In this document: piece by piece, positions 62,587 to 64,000 of the stretch
Layout of the letters: each line of letters starts with the position of its first letter
Position numbering within the stretch: position 1 is the first letter of the stretch
Assembly: GCA_963720565.1 (NCBI GenBank)
Contig: CAVRFW010000003.1
Location: forward strand, 64,001-128,000
Reading direction: 5' to 3'
DNA from: Candidatus Bathyarchaeota archaeon
Lineage (GTDB): Archaea > Thermoproteota > Bathyarchaeia > Bathyarchaeales > Bathycorpusculaceae
Length of the DNA: 64,000 nucleotides
Notes under the pieces: generated by a model
Database searches by the model: none
What the model was told of the DNA's origin: nothing
What the model saw: the letters and a program-made list of their open reading frames with translations, nothing else
Program-made: the position numbers and the translations under genes

Positions 62587-63269
62587 TTTCTATTTGCCTT
62601 CTTTTTTCAATGACTTTGAATTGCGTTATTTTCTAGCTGACCTGAGCCCTCCAATGTGGCTTTTCTGCTTTCAAGTATGTCTATTCGCTTTCCAAACAAA
62701 GGTCCATCGGTCACAAGCGTATGGTATTCTCCCTTTTCTCCGCAAGGATCAACATTACTGATTTCTGCAATGTCTTGGAAGAATTTCTCGCTTAGCCGTC
62801 TTCCAAGCCATTCCAAGGTCAACATTTCCATGTTAACTCTGACTACGACAGCTTCGAAACCGGAGTTTACGAATTCATGGAAAATCTGGGTCGTGTTCTG
62901 CATCCATAGAGGTTTAATGGGTTTCAGCCCTATTTCTCTGCAGATTCGGTTTAACCATCCTTCCTCATGTAATGGAACCTCAAATATATCTCCAGTGACT
63001 AGACCTTGCACTCCAGCATTCTTAAGCTGTTGTAGAGCACTCTTGAATTCTTGCTCGTAGAAGCCAGAAGTGGTTTCTCGTTTTGTTATAGGAATTCCAA
63101 TAGCACTAGCTTGGGCATCCAGCAAGTCAGTTCTGATCTTGTGGAAATTCGATTTGCCATCACTTGTTATCATGGTCAGAAGATTGCTGACTTCTAAGCC
63201 TTCCTGAATAGCTTTGAAGCATGCTAAGCAACTGTCCTTTCCCCCACTCCACGAGACTGCCACTTTCAT
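62570..63269 (-). CDS. Dph6-like (diphthine-ammonia ligase family) PP-loop ATPase; probable indel near 62630 (uncorrected stop at 62607)
   Basis: SWSGGKDS, GDI, PLW, DPCGE.GEYHT.V.DGP.F. Confidence 0.85.
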
Positions 63270-64000
63270 TTATGTTCCGTGCTCCTTGGAATGGATCCTG
63301 GCTTGAGATGACTGAGAATTCTGTTTTTTTCTAAAATGGCCGTCTTAGCTTTTTCTTCGGATACATTTAGCCATTGGAGGAGCTCGTTTTGGTTGGAAAC
63401 GAACACTGCACCCATACATTTTAGCTCGGAGAACAATTCTCTTGCTTTTCCTCCGGTGAAATCCCTGCTTTCAATGGGTACTTCATCCATGACAATAGTG
63501 GGGATTCCATTTTTCAAAGCTTGTTTTGCCGTTTCCAGGTTTTGCAGGTTACCGTGTCCGAACGGTACTGAGGTTAAGACTACAGTGCTTGCCCTGCTCA
63601 TCATTGCCAGATTTGCTTCTTGAGTTTTTTCAGTTATTGGAGAGAAAGGTGCTTCCGTCGTTACGGGTATTTTGAGAAACTGGGCCGTCTCAAAATCCGT
63701 GTCTAGCACATTTAGAACCCCTGCAGTTACGCTGTAACCCTCGTCTAAGAGTAGCTTCATAAGGGCAGCTCCGGTACCTGCTCCGCATACCAAGTGGATC
63801 GAGCACGTTTTGGCGGGGGATGACTTCTCTGGAGACAGAGGCAGTACAAAAAGCGAGTTTGTTACGAGATGTTTCTTTACTATAGCGTTAACTCGAAAGA
63901 CGCTCCTAATATTTTCACTAGTTAAGACCTCATCTAGGCTGCCAGTGGAAAATATTTTTCCGCCCTTGAGCAACAAGCAAGACGTGCAATAACGCGCGGC
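63266..64000 (-). CDS. ABC transporter ATPase, BtuD/FepC-like with extra C-terminal domain, 5'-truncated by the window edge
   Basis: AARYC...LLL..G.I...G...EVLT.ENI..VF; C-terminal H.VCG.GTG and AGVLN.LD.D domain; upstream of cobT-cobS-cobY. Confidence 0.8.
   Translation of the reverse strand, partial: AARYCTSCLLLKGGKIFSTGSLDEVLTSENIRSVFRVNAIVKKHLVTNSLFVLPLSPEKSSPAKTCSIHLVCGAGTGAALMKLLLDEGYSVTAGVLNVLDTDFETAQFLKIPVTTEAPFSPITEKTQEANLAMMSRASTVVLTSVPFGHGNLQNLETAKQALKNGIPTIVMDEVPIESRDFTGGKARELFSELKCMGAVFVSNQNELLQWLNVSEEKAKTAILEKNRILSHLKPGSIPRSTEHK

Overview
Gene-dense archaeal chromosome segment. TBP, the LysW system, ribosomal protein style and a Cren7-like protein point to a TACK archaeon, most likely Bathyarchaeia (inference). 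In order: partial truD; nadM; an intron-containing tRNA-Met(CAT); a sulfide-dependent homocysteine module (DUF39-CBS, NIL-ferredoxin, ApbE-like); argG-argH-carA-carB; an ACT-domain regulator; thrB-thrC-hom-lysC; lysW-X-Y-Z-J-K with a divergent Lrp/LysM; an MBL hydrolase, pyrE, tbp and signal peptidase; a small Cren7-like gene missing from the ORF track; TraX-like and acyl-CoA ligase genes; hypFCD/hypE with a membrane cyclophilin; the L22-to-secY ribosomal cluster, interrupted by a methyltransferase and an Hsp20; and a cobamide/lipid region. That last region holds a conventional btuD-Dph6-like-cobT-cobS-cobY operon plus a second divergent cobS/cobY pair. The second pair lies head to head, across a ~50 bp spacer, with an NDP-sugar epimerase, a divergent DGGGP-synthase-like UbiA gene and a divergent Tes-like radical SAM gene. 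Best leads: that candidate alternative ether-lipid cassette, a structured ~110-nt ncRNA candidate, a shared Arg/Lys operator motif and a tRNA intron at 45/46. About ten single-base frameshifts, one in essential secY, look like sequencing errors. No CRISPR array, rRNA or mobile element was seen.
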